Positions 24,545 to 35,744 of a DNA stretch of 37,171 nucleotides are shown here, piece by piece. Under the pieces are notes generated by a model. It was given only the letters and a program-made list of their open reading frames with translations. It did not search any database and was not told the origin of the DNA. The stretch covers positions 12,351,931 through 12,389,101 of the forward strand of contig NC_069001.1 in NCBI RefSeq assembly GCF_001194135.2. The letters are read 5' to 3'. The position numbers and the translations under genes were made by a program. The DNA comes from Octopus bimaculoides (lineage: Eukaryota). How positions within the stretch are numbered: position 1 is the first letter of the stretch; each line of letters opens with the position of its first letter.

Positions 24545-25000
24545 TATTATTATTATTATTATTATTGATTAAGAGAGCTGAGCATGCCATCAAAGTGACA
24601 CCCGGTTACAAATATATGAAGCCCAATGTACCCATAATGACTTCCAGTAAGATAATGACACACCTGGCTGATGCATCACAACCATACTTTCGGAACAGCG
24701 TGATCGCATATCAAGATAAACAGGGCATGACCTTGCAGGTGGGATCGTGTTAGAATTTCCTCCAGGTCGAGAAGCGCATCCTGCTCAAAATGTCTATGAA
24801 TAAAGGTTGCTTAAATATGTTGAACCAAACACCCATGTTTCCAGAGGTAAATTATTCAAACCCCAAAGAATTCCTCTCAACACATGGCTATGATGTTTCC
24901 TCTCCGCTTCTCTTGAGATCAGAGATGCACATATCATTAGCTAATAGAGGACATGCTCAGTTGGTTAAGGTTATTTTATTCTTTGCCAATCTGTTCATCT
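24545..25000 (-). mobile_element. 3' end of another interspersed repeat (probable LINE tail) ending in (TAA)n
   Basis: GC-richer complex sequence terminating in ...gcatgctcagctctcttaatc(aat)n on the minus strand; family not assignable by eye. Confidence 0.45.
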
Positions 25001-25618
25001 CTTCGCTTAGGTCCAATGCTTTCAAATTCTTTGGTATCTTTTCTATTTTCTCAAATTCTTCCGTATCCTATTTCTTCATACGTCGAATAGTAGAAGCAGT
25101 AGAGGACAGGATAAAGTTGTGATTAAAGGCAGAATTGGTAGATCAACAAAGAAAATACTCGTGGAAGGCAGAATGGTGATTCCTTTGCAAAACGAATAGA
25201 GCTCCGAATAAATTTTTAGCAAACGGTAGCATTTGTAGAACATGATATAGAATATATTTTGTAGTATTTATTAGGCCAACATTTGTGTACTTAGCTAGAA
25301 AAGAAAATGATTTTGGTTTCGATTGCAGTGTTCAATAAATTATAAACGGCAGTCAAATACAGGATTCGATTTATATCAGTTATATCTCTGTTCGATAAGT
25401 TGTAACCCTGTAACAACGACAGAAATCAAATATCGATATTTGATTGGATTTCATGACAGAGTGTTATCTGTTACCAAAACTTCAGAGCATATGAATAATA
25501 ATAAAAAAAAAAAGAAAGATTTTTGTAGGTCATTTTCTTCAAATAGTTTCTTCACTTTGTAATCTTTTTTTTTCTTTTTACTTTCTGTATATTTTACTCA
25601 ATATATGTTGTCTGCTGC

Positions 25619-25658
<40 letters not shown>

Positions 25659-26479
25659 AATATACATCGATCAATTCACTTATTTTCTGGTTTGGTTGCA
25701 CTTCATAATAATCTACGAGCTTCAGCTATCTGACTTTATATAATTTTTCCGTTGAGTTGTTTTTCTTATTTGGTTTTCTTTCTTTACTTTTTAAATATTA
25801 TCGTATCTTATTCTCCGTTTTATTGTCGTAAAAACTAACGTATCCTATCTCGGAGGTTGGTCGCCAATTTGTCCAAACTGGAGATGTGTTGTGTAATGTC
25901 AGAAAACTCTACTTTACCTATAATCATGTTGTCAAATGTAACGGCATGGCGGTGAAGTACGTGAAGGGAAATAACATTAAACAACAATGAGTCAAATCCG
26001 TATCGCTCACACCGGTGCTATATTATTTCACCGAGGGAGAAGGTCGCTCATAATGCAACAGTTCGATGAGTGAAAACGACCTTGTTACGACTATCCCGTT
26101 ATAACGAGAGAAGGAACTACATTATCCAAAAGCTACTAAATGATATATGTATATAAAGGGGCGAAACTACAAGGGCTTTACGGAAACCAACTGATGAGCT
26201 AATCGTCAGCGAATGATTCCTGTATCTTGTATTTGTCCTATTTGTCATTTATCGTGCTATCGTCTATTTATCCGCATCATAAATGTATATATATATATAT
26301 ATATATAATGGATCAGGGACTGCACTATCTCAAATCTACTCAGCAGTTTATGCAAAAAAAAAAAAACTAAATATATGCATGAATGTATGAATTTATGCAT
26401 TTACGTATGTGTGTATGTGTATGTATGTATATATATATAAGAATACAAAGCCGGCTCTTTACAAATTATTGTTCCATTG

Positions 26480-26806
26480 GCAGATGAACGCATGCCGAAA
26501 CAGTTGTTTTATGGTGAGCTTGCAGAGGGGAAACGCTATCGGTGTAAACCTAAAAGAAGTTTTAAAGATGGCATAGGGATTTCTATGAAGTCACTTGGAA
26601 TGATTCCAGAAGATATAGAAGCCCTTGCTTAGGATCGAGTTTGATGGTGAGCGAAGGTGTTGAGTGGAGTGAAAGCATTTGCAGAGGCCAGTATAACGCA
26701 AGTCAGACTCAAAAGAGATCTAAGGAAGTATGTAACGATCGAGAAGGTGAATGACAATGAACTTTTTGTGTGCACAGTCTGTGACAGACCATGCCTGTCT
26801 TTTGCG
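26480..26806 (+). pseudogene. RTE-clade (BovB-like) LINE C-terminal fragment
   Basis: ADERMPKQLFYGELAEGKRYRCKPKRSFKD...DRV*W...LKRDLRK...FVCTVCDRPCLSFA: classic RTE PKQLFYGEL..GKR motif and terminal CxxC knuckle, with in-frame stops. Confidence 0.9.
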
Positions 26807-26811
26807 AACGC

Positions 26812-26870
26812 ATGGAAATACCGCTAAGCATTTAGCAATGCGTTGTAACGTTTCTGCCAGCTGACCGCCA
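26812..26870 (-). mobile_element. Family-B SINE head fragment truncating the RTE remnant
   Basis: gaaataccgctaagcattt...aacgtttctgccagctgaccgcc. Confidence 0.75.
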
Positions 26871-27501
26871 TGTGAGGTTTAATATATTGCTGTTGTTTTA
26901 TGGCTGTTCCAACAACGAAATTTAAGCTGCTGTTGTTTGCCTAGAATGAAAAACCGAATGCTATTTTATTAGTGAATTTGATACATATATCCTACGAAAA
27001 TATCCTACCTTGAAACACAGGGAAATTATGTATCATTACGTTTCATTTTTACTTGCTCCAGTCACTAGAACGCCGTCATGATACGACTCCACCTTGAACA
27101 GCATCTATGCTTTTAACAAGTTTATATACAGCAAGAACTGTGGTAGTTATACGAGTCCCTATAGTGGTACTCGTCAGTTTGGATGTGTACTTTTATCTCT
27201 ATGGATAATATCAGAAAAAATAGCATATGTATAAAAGTTAAAATTTGACTTCAATCAATAATATTGCCTGCCACCAAGCCACGTGAGCGCATTAATCCTC
27301 TCTCACACAAACTATCTGACTCCCTACTTCTCTCTATCTCTCTTTCTCTCTCATCCTCTCTCTCTCTGTCATTCTCTCTCTTTCCATACAATGTCAAGCA
27401 TCACTGGAGATTCAAGCAGCCGATCGACCAACCAACTAACCAATATATCGGTTTCTATTATATAGATTTATTGAAAGTGTATGTATATATTTATATATAT
27501 G

Positions 27502-27574
<73 letters not shown>

Positions 27575-27704
27575 ATGTGTGTTATGCATAGAAAATATGC
27601 ATTAGAATGAAAGTCCACTTTAATAAACTGGAAAGATCTAGGTAAACATCACGTGATATATTTAATCCTCTGTTAAGAGATTTCTTTTTTCGTTATTTAA
27701 TCAG

Positions 27705-27781
27705 AGTTGAGATTTCAGACAGACAGAAGATTCAGACATTATGCAGAAATAGTATCATCTTTTATTGAACCACATGAAGTT
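27705..27781 (+). CDS. Candidate 77-nt internal exon (xLRFQTDRRFRHYAEIVSSFIEPHEV)
   Basis: Strong acceptor tttcttttttcgttatttaatcag| and donor |gtaaat. A single open frame with protein-like composition; no homologue recognised. Confidence 0.3.
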
Positions 27782-27953
27782 GTAAATATTGATTTTCTTT
27801 TTTCTTCTTTTTTTTTTAAGTATTGAAAAAAAAAAGATTTCTTCTATGAAATATTGTTTTGGCAAACCACTGTATTACCTGAAGCAGAATAAAATACCAA
27901 AAAATGTATCAGCGTATTGACCTGTAAATACTGTTATAATATTTAATTTTACT

Positions 27954-28185
27954 AAGGCAGCCATCTTGTAGCAACGTTAGAACACCGGGCGAAATGCTTA
28001 GCGGTATTTCGTTTGCCGTTACGTTCGGAATTCAAATTCCGCCGATGTCGACTTTGCCTTTCATCCTTTCGAGGTCGATTAAATAAGTACCAGTTTCGTA
28101 CTCGGGTTGAAGTAATTGATTTAATCCCTTCCTCTGTCCTTGTTTGTCCCCCCTATGTTTAGCCCCCTATGGGCAATAAGAAATA
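27954..28185 (+). mobile_element. Family-B SINE, full length, flanked by a direct repeat
   Basis: Head with B box gaattcaaattcc, body gtcgactttgcctttcatcctttcgaggtcg, tail gcccccta..caataagaaata. aatatttaattttact occurs on both sides. Confidence 0.9.
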
Positions 28186-28201
28186 AATATTTAATTTTAC
28201 T

Positions 28202-28280
28202 AAGGTCGTGGGCTTGCAGAAAAGCCAGCACGCCGGGCGAAATTGCTTAGCGGTATTTCGTCTGTCTTTACGTTCTGAGT
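28202..28280 (+). mobile_element. Second family-B SINE head running into a gap
   Basis: gcacgccgggcgaaattgcttagcggtatttcgtctgtctttacgttctgagt. Confidence 0.85.
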
Positions 28281-28694
28281 NNNNNNNNNNNNNNNNNNNN
28301 NNNNNNNNNNNNNNNNNNNNNNNNNNNNNNNNNNNNNNNNNNNNNNNNNNNNNNNNNNNNNNNNNNNNNNNNNNNNNNNNNNNNNNNNNNNNNNNNNNNN
28401 NNNNNNNNNNNNNNNNNNNNNNNNNNNNNNNNNNNNNNNNNNNNNNNNNNNNNNNNNNNNNNNNNNNNNNNNNNNNNNNNNNNNNNNNNNNNNNNNNNNN
28501 NNNNNNNNNNNNNNNNNNNNNNNNNNNNNNNNNNNNNNNNNNNNNNNNNNNNNNNNNNNNNNNNNNNNNNNNNNNNNNNNNNNNNNNNNNNNNNNNNNNN
28601 NNNNNNNNNNNNNNNNNNNNNNNNNNNNNNNNNNNNNNNNNNNNNNNNNNNNNNNNNNNNNNNNNNNNNNNNNNNNNNNNNNNNNNNNNNNNNN

Positions 28695-28706
28695 AGAAGC
28701 CTGTGG

Positions 28707-28746
<40 letters not shown>

Positions 28747-28978
28747 CGCGTGTGTATGTGTGTACATATTTTTGTGTGTCTGTGGCCCCCCCGTATCGCT
28801 TGACAACTGATGATGATGTGTTTACGTCCCCTTAACTTAGCGGTTCGGCAAAAGAAACCGATAGAATAAGTTGTAGGCTTACAAAGAATAAGCCCTGGGG
28901 TCGATTTGCTCGACTAATGGCGGTGCTCCAGTCTGGCCACTGTCAGATGAATGAAACAAGTAGAAGAGTAAAAGAGTA
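28695..28978 (+). mobile_element. Family-A SINE, 3' half
   Basis: agaagcctgtggtata, (TG)n, acttagcggttcggcaaaag, ggcggtgctccag, gtaaaagag tail. Confidence 0.9.
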
Positions 28979-29001
28979 TATATATATATATATATATATA
29001 T

Positions 29002-29165
29002 GGGAGAATGTACGAAAAAACAACAACAGACGAGGACAGGTGGTGTAAACAACAAAAGGATGTATTAGTATGACGCTCGGGAATACGGAAAGTCTTTAAC
29101 GTTTCGAGCTACGCTCTTCAACAGAAAGAATACGGAGACAAGGAGAAAAACACGGAGAAAACAAT
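29002..29165 (-). mobile_element. Penelope-like pLTR remnant containing a hammerhead-like motif
   Basis: Complex non-microsatellite block between (TA)n tracts that carries the motif at 29093-29129. Confidence 0.5.
29093..29129 (-). ncRNA. Minimal type-I hammerhead ribozyme-like motif (A6U variant)
   Basis: UCUUU-CUGUUGA-A-GAGC(GUA)GCUC-GAAA-CG-UU-AAAGA: 5-bp stem I, 4-bp stem II, palindromic ACGU stem III. Confidence 0.55.
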
Positions 29166-29184
29166 TTGAAATATATATATATGC

Positions 29185-29228
<44 letters not shown>

Positions 29229-29927
29229 CATAGGACACACTTATAGACTGTCACATAAATAGAGATGTACAGCGAACGAGCGAAAGAGAAAGGTAAATGT
29301 TTAGAGAGATGGTTAAAGAAATGTGTAGATAGACATCGCCCACACTCACATATTGCTACATCGAAAACCAGATGCGTACAGACATTACAAACGTCAGCGT
29401 CAAGAGAATGTCAACAAAACCATTGAGGTGGGAAGACAGAAAAATCAGTTGTCGTCAGTCATTGTGTTAAAATGTCAGAAATTATCCTATATTTTGATTG
29501 CACGCAAATTATCGTCTAGACAAGAGATGAACTATTAGAATATAAGCGTAATAATATTTTCACAAACGAGTGGATAGTTAGTATACAAATATCATATACG
29601 TATGCTTATGCAGTTACATATTCACTTGCAAGGCGATATATCATTTCTGCTAAGTTGGCTTCAGTTATAAGACTACAGTTATGAAGTCTTATAAATTTAG
29701 TCGAATGAATCAACATTTACTCTACTTTTTTGTTCTGTTTTAAGCCTGGTACTGATGCCATCGGTTCTTTAGCCGAACCGCTAAGTTACTGGAATGTAAA
29801 CAAAATGAAAACCGGTTGTCAAGCGATGGAAACTGGAAGAAGCTCATATATATATATATATATATCATACGTTAAAACACAGAGTACATGCAGAACCGGA
29901 AGCGTAAGACAGAAATTCACCAGATCC

Positions 29928-29966
<39 letters not shown>

Positions 29967-30477
29967 GGACGAAAAGAAAGAGAGAGAAAAGTTGAAAGCA
30001 AGAAAAAGTTATAAAAAAGGATAGAAATAGAGGTTGTACGAAAATAGAAAGACACGTACCCTTATTTTTTGTAGACAAAATAAGGGTACGTGGTGTGGCA
30101 TTATAGAGTAAGCTAAAAACAATAAATGTACAGACAGAAGACAGACGGAGAAGGTCATATTTGTGTGTGTGTGGGTGTGTGTCTGTGTCTCTGTGTGTAT
30201 GTGTGTGTGTGTGTGTGCGTGTATCTTTATATANNNNNNNNNNNNNNNNNNNNNNNNNNNNNNNNNNNNNNNNNNNNNNNNNNNNNNNNNNNNNNNNNNN
30301 NNNNNNNNNNNNNNNNNNNNNNNNNNNNNNNNNNNNNNNNNNNNNNNNNNNNNNNNNNNNNNNNNNNNNNNNNNNNNNNNNNNNNNNNNNNNNNNNNNNN
30401 NNNNNNNNNNNNNNNNAAATTAACAGAATGAGATAAAAATCCAAGGCTGTGAGAGAATTCAGAACATTTACAAAGAG

Positions 30478-30525
30478 GTCTTATAGCTCTTTCCAGAATA
30501 TTTTATATATCCCTTCATCGGAGAC
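30478..30525 (-). ncRNA. Minimal type-I hammerhead ribozyme motif, degenerate copy
   Basis: GUCU-CCGAUGA-A-GGGAUAU..AUAUUCUG-GAAA-GAGCUA-UA-AGAC; stem I intact, stems II and III mutated. Confidence 0.55.
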
Positions 30526-30979
30526 GGGGTGAGAAAATGGTCGAGCAATAGTTATTCTTGAGAAGATATGACACAGTGAGTGAAGTGGAGGAATGGAAAC
30601 AGACGTGAGATATGGAGGGATATTGTATCTGCAGTTGCATTATTTAATCAGAATGGTATACATATAATTTTCCTGCACCTTGTGTGTAAGTGCCAATAGT
30701 ATTTAAAATTGGTCATTCTAAGCATAGAGTTTGTAAACGGTGTTATTGAATTGAGGGGGTTTTTTTAAGTGACAAATTCTATGCTTTGAATGACCAATTT
30801 TAAATCGTATTGGAACATACACACAAGGTACAGGAAACTTATATGTATACCATTCTGATTAAATATGGAACTACAGATACAATATCCCTCCATATCTCAC
30901 ATGTGTTTTCATTCCTCCACTTCATTCTCTATTTCATATCTTCTCTAGAATAACTATTGCTTAAGCATTTTCTCACACC

Positions 30980-31026
30980 GTCTCCGATGAACGGATATAT
31001 AAAATATCCCGAAACAGCTGTAAAAC
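30980..31026 (+). ncRNA. Minimal type-I hammerhead ribozyme motif
   Basis: GUCU-CCGAUGA-A-CGGAUAU(AUAAA)AUAUCCC-GAAA-CAGCUG-UA-AAAC; 6-bp stem II, palindromic ACAGCUGU stem III, GUA cleavage triplet at 31020-31022. Confidence 0.65.
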
Positions 31027-31266
31027 CTTCTCTTTATAAATTTTCTGACATCTTTCACAGCCTTGGAATTTTATCTCATTCTGGCAATTATTATATATGC
31101 GCATGCTGATATATGACCGGCGTTGGACACCTCATTCGCATAATCACCGAACCTGGAGCTTAACTACAGCCTATCCATAGCACTTACCATTACCTGACAC
31201 CTTTGGGTCTTCTTGACACCATTATCTCTCATAACCTCAATATATATATATATATATACATATATA

Positions 31267-31298
<32 letters not shown>

Positions 31299-32048
31299 NN
31301 NNNNNNNNNNNNNNNNNNNNNNNNNNNNNNNNNNNNNNNNNNNNNNNNNNNNNNNNNNNNNNNNNNNNNNNNNNNNNNNNNNNNNNNNNNNNNNNNNNNN
31401 NNNNNNNNNNNNNNNNNNNNNNNNNNNNNNNNNNNNNNNNNNNNNNNNNNNNNNNNNNNNNNNNNNNNNNNNNNNNNNNNNNNNNNNNNNNNNNNNNNNN
31501 NNNNNNNNNNNNNNNNNNNNNNNNNNNNNNNNNNNNNNNNNNNNNNNNNNNNNNNNNNNNNNNNNNNNNNNNNNNNNNNNNNNNNNNNNNNNNNNNNNNN
31601 NNNNNNNNNNNNNNNNNNNNNNNNNNNNNNNNNNNNNNNNNNNNNNNNNNNNNNNNNNNNNNNNNNNNNNNNNNNNNNNNNNNNNNNNNNNNNNNNNNNN
31701 NNNNNNNNNNNNNNNNNNNNNNNNNNNNNNNNNNNNNNNNNNNNNNNNNNNNNNNNNNNNNNNNNNNNNNNNNNNNNNNNNNNNNNNNNNNNNNNNNNNN
31801 NNNNNNNNNNNNNNNNNNNNNNNNNNNNNNNNNNNNNNNNNNNNNNNNNNNNNNNNNNNNNNNNNNNNNNNNNNNNNNNNNNNNNNNNNNNNNNNNNNNN
31901 NNNNNNNNNNNNNNNNNNNNNNNNNNNNNNNNNNNNNNNNNNNNNNNNNNNNNNNNNNNNNNNNNNNNNNNNNNNNNNNNNNNNNNNNNNNNNNNNNNNN
32001 NNNNNNNNNNNNNNNNNNNNNNNNNNNNNNNNNNNNNNNNNNNNNNNN

Positions 32049-32049
<1 letters not shown>

Positions 32050-32105
<56 letters not shown>

Positions 32106-32260
32106 TATTTTTGACTACTTGTCCCTCACCACCGTGTTTCGATAAAAGGAACCTATAGAATAACTGCCAGACTTTAAAGTGGCGTCGACTCGTTCAAAAA
32201 TAATTCTCCAAGTACGTGACACAGCACGGACGCAATTTATTGATTGAAAGATGTAAAATT
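32050..32260 (+). mobile_element. Diverged family-A SINE 3' half starting at its internal (GT)n
   Basis: aaaaggaacctatagaataac, gcgtcgactcgttc, cagcacggacgcaatttattgattgaaa follow the family-A tail order. Confidence 0.55.
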
Positions 32261-32849
32261 ATATAAATACGAGTCGATGAAGAAACGAGTATAGAGTATC
32301 AATACTTCATTCCATGCATATTCATACATATATTCATGTAAATTTTCGATGCGAAGATACGAAAAAACATGACATCTGTTATGCCATTATTATTTATTAA
32401 ATTTATTATATTTTCTAATACATAAAGATATATTCTTTACCTATAGCTTGATATCTCCAAATATCTTAAATAAATACACTATAAACTATAATTAACAAAT
32501 ATAATTTTTGCAATTACTTTCATTTTTAAATCATATTTCAAATGAAATATGCAGAAAATTTAGCATCTCGATATCTCCTGGGAAGATAACATTCTGTAGT
32601 TCGTTATATTATTTTTTTTATAACGTACAACTCGTACGATGAAACTATCATAATGTAGAAACAATATATTATGTATTAACCTAAGTTTTATACATTACTT
32701 TTTAATATACCATTTTCCATTTCCAGTATCTGTTACATGAAGAATATAAATTCTAATCCAATATTTTATTGCCAACATCTTATTCAAGTTTATTCATTTT
32801 AGTTCTATAAATCATCATAAACCTCGTTAAATTCCAAAGATAACAACAA

Positions 32850-32851
32850 TG

Positions 32852-32887
<36 letters not shown>

Positions 32888-32913
32888 TAATGATGATGAT
32901 GATGCTGATGATG

Positions 32914-32968
<55 letters not shown>

Positions 32969-32985
32969 TAGTAGTAGTAGTAGTA
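32850..32985. repeat. (AAT)n/(GAT)n/(AGT)n microsatellite
   Basis: Directly visible. Confidence 0.95.
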
Positions 32986-33284
32986 AAATGAAAGTAACTA
33001 GTTATTCAGTACTTTCCATTTATTTCATTTTTACGTAAATATTGTAATCATAGTTTTAAATTAAAAAATATATATATACGCATGCGTTTTAAAAATTTAG
33101 GAACTTTGAGAGATGCCGCATAAATCATTTTTAACAACGGAACACGAACTAGATAATATAATACAAAAAAATGTGCGTAGACAATTGGCTTAAAATCTCC
33201 TGGGATATTAAAAAGTTGAAGGTATGTATTTTTATAGGGACATATACCACCCCACCTTATTTTAGTCCAAATTGTCCCTGTTTA

Positions 33285-33605
33285 TCTGTTAGCTTTCACT
33301 CATTTCCTTCATCAGTTTGCAGCTATCTCGGGGCACGACTTCAAGTTTTAGTCGAACGTATCTGTCACAGAAATAGCTGTTATTCACGTGGGACGCAAAA
33401 AATAGCAAACACCGGTTGTCAAGTTGTAAGAGATGGCAGGGCACAAATACACACCCACACACACACATATACACGATGGGCTTTTTTTCAGTTTCCCCTC
33501 TACCAAATTCATTCAGAAGTCCTTAGTCGGCCCGAGGTCATAGTAGAAGAAACTTGACGAAGGTGCCACGCAATGAGACTGAACCCGGAACCATGTGGTC
33601 AGGAG
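33285..33605 (-). mobile_element. Diverged family-A SINE
   Basis: ccggttgtcaag, acgatgggctttttttcagtttc, gtcggcccgagg, gaaggtgccacgc, gactgaacccggaaccatgtgg. Confidence 0.85.
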
Positions 33606-33719
33606 GCAGACTTTTTTCTATCTTGAACCATAAGATTCATAAGGCCTGTTGCCCTGTTTCCATAGTAAATAAGTGACCGTAAACTGTACAAGTACCCACA
33701 GAGAGTCACGCCGAACTGT

Positions 33720-34143
33720 TGCACTTTCAATGCGAGATTTGAGGGGAGGGGACAATCGACTGGTATTTTATTTTATCGATGCGTAGAGGATGAAAGTCGA
33801 ATTTGAACTGAGCGGTATTTGAATTCATGAACTAAATAGTCAGAAGAATTCAGCTTCACACTTTGTCCGATGCACTATCGATGCTCCCAGCTCGCCTGTC
33901 TACCATTTTATATTATGGAATAGATATTTCAACTTTTAACACAAGACCAGCATTTTAAAAAATTACTTGAGAGGGTATGAGATAAATCGGTTACATCGAA
34001 CCAGTCCTCGACTGGTGCTGTATATCAGCGAACCACGAAAGGATGAAAGGTAAAGCTAAACTTTGAATTCAGGAGGTAACGAACCGGAAAAATGCCTCTC
34101 TGCATTTAATTCTCGGTAGTAACGATCAACCACCTTGCCGCTT
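33720..34143 (-). mobile_element. Two tandem degraded family-B SINEs
   Basis: gactggt, ggatgaaag, tttgaattca and ccagctcgcc/ccttgccgc motifs, each seen twice. Confidence 0.7.
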
Positions 34144-34485
34144 TACCTAATTATATTACGGGAAAACATTCGGAGGAAATCTAACCCACTGGTGATTTCC
34201 GTTCCATTTCTATTTTAATCCAAAACTGTGCACATTAAATATATATGATATAACGCAGCATAAGCGATTTTATAATTAATTATAATACAAACTGAATAAA
34301 ATATTCTAATAGAGATAATGATCATTAATTAGTTATTTTAATTTTAGAGTTATGATGCATTCATTCCTTCAAAACAATATTAATCGTATACATTTTCAAA
34401 CTAGATAAATATTATCCAAATACGATATAGATATCTTTATTTGGAATCTATTAGAATAAATATTCTTAAAGCTGATAAATATAAT

Positions 34486-34580
34486 AACCACCGCCGCCAC
34501 CATTACAACCACTGACAGCACCATCACCGCTGACACCACCATCACCGCTGACACCACCATCAACAGTGACACCATCACTG
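34486..34580. repeat. 18-bp minisatellite (caccatcaccgctgacac)
   Basis: Two exact and two degenerate units within an ACC-rich tract. Confidence 0.8.
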
Positions 34581-34741
34581 TCCCCCGAAGCTGTCAGTGT
34601 AACCATACCCAACGTGTCACGCTTAATTGAACATATCAACATTTTCTTCCGGTTATTTCATAAACAATTTAATTAATATACTTTAAATTCCCTATTCCCA
34701 AAAAACTCTATATTATTCTTCTTGATTAAATCTATCTATCT

Positions 34742-34788
<47 letters not shown>

Positions 34789-35040
34789 ATGTATGTGTGT
34801 GTGTGTGCACGGTTTCTATGTATAATGTATGTGTATATATAACATATATATACATATATACACANNNNNNNNNNCTTAGCGTAGATATACTCTGCGAAAG
34901 TTATAAGGCTATGAAAATACGGCAGTATAAGAGCGTTCGCAGTGTACATCCGCGCTAAGTACGACATACGCATTTATACCGTCATTTTCGCATAGTTTTA
35001 TAATTTAGATAACACAGAAGTGTCTGCAGCAGACAACATA

Positions 35041-35254
35041 TTCTTTTCTACTCTAGGTACAAGGCACGAAATTTTGGGGGAGGGGGCTAGTCAATTAGCT
35101 CGATCCCAGTTCGCAACTGGTACTTAATTTATCTACACCGAAAGGATGAAAGGCAAAGTCGACCTCGGTGAAATTTGAACTCAGAACGTTGCGACGAGCG
35201 AAATGCCGTTAAGCATTTTGTTGGGCGTGCTGTCGATTCTGCCAGCTCACCGCC

Positions 35255-35310
<56 letters not shown>

Positions 35311-35610
35311 CCTTTCTACAAAAGCACAAGGCCTGAATTTGGGGAGAGGGGACTGGTCGATTTATATAGTCCTCGATACTCAACTGATCGATTCCGAAAG
35401 AATGAAAGGCAAAGTCGACTTCGGCGCAATTTGAACTCAGAACGTGGTAACCGGCAAAATAACCCTAAGCTATTTGTCCAGTGTGCTAACGTTTCTGCCA
35501 GCCTTATGATGATAATGATGATGATGATGATAATAATAATAATAGCAATCCTTTTTCACATATAGGCACAAGGGCTGGAATTTGAGAGGGGAAGGGTATT
35601 GTCGATCTCA
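35041..35610 (-). mobile_element. Three head-to-tail family-B SINEs (35041-35256, 35311-35505, tail-only 35548-35610) joined by (ATT)n/(ATC)n
   Basis: Repeated (g/t)acaagg tail, gaaaggcaaagtcgac body and ctgccagc head complement. Confidence 0.88.
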
Positions 35611-35744
35611 CGTTATTCACTCGGGTCCAAGAAGATAATTGTGTTGCATGATCATCATTTATGACTTATTTGGTCAAAGGCAGAGGACAAATAGTGTTGT
35701 AGGTCGGGAAAGGAAATACGCTTGCTGGAATTGGTGCGGGCTGA

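Larger units (their letters stand above)
30424..31083. mobile_element. Foldback element, ~311-bp inverted arms with a 37-bp spacer; probable inverted Penelope-like pLTR pair
   Basis: 30424-30734 aligns along its whole length with the reverse complement of 30772-31083 (roughly 85% identity by eye); each arm has a hammerhead motif. Confidence 0.85.

Noticed and set aside
26205-26235. CUGAUGA-GCU..AGC-GAAU hammerhead-like string
   Set aside because: It reads GAAU rather than GAAA, has no consistent stems I and III, and is better explained as a simple hairpin.
32727-32756. Acceptor followed by YLLHEEYKF*
   Set aside because: Too short; such acceptors are common in AT-rich introns.
34480-34630. 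Thr-rich mucin-like reading of the 18-bp repeat
   Set aside because: Short, with no splice context; explained as an ACC-derived minisatellite.
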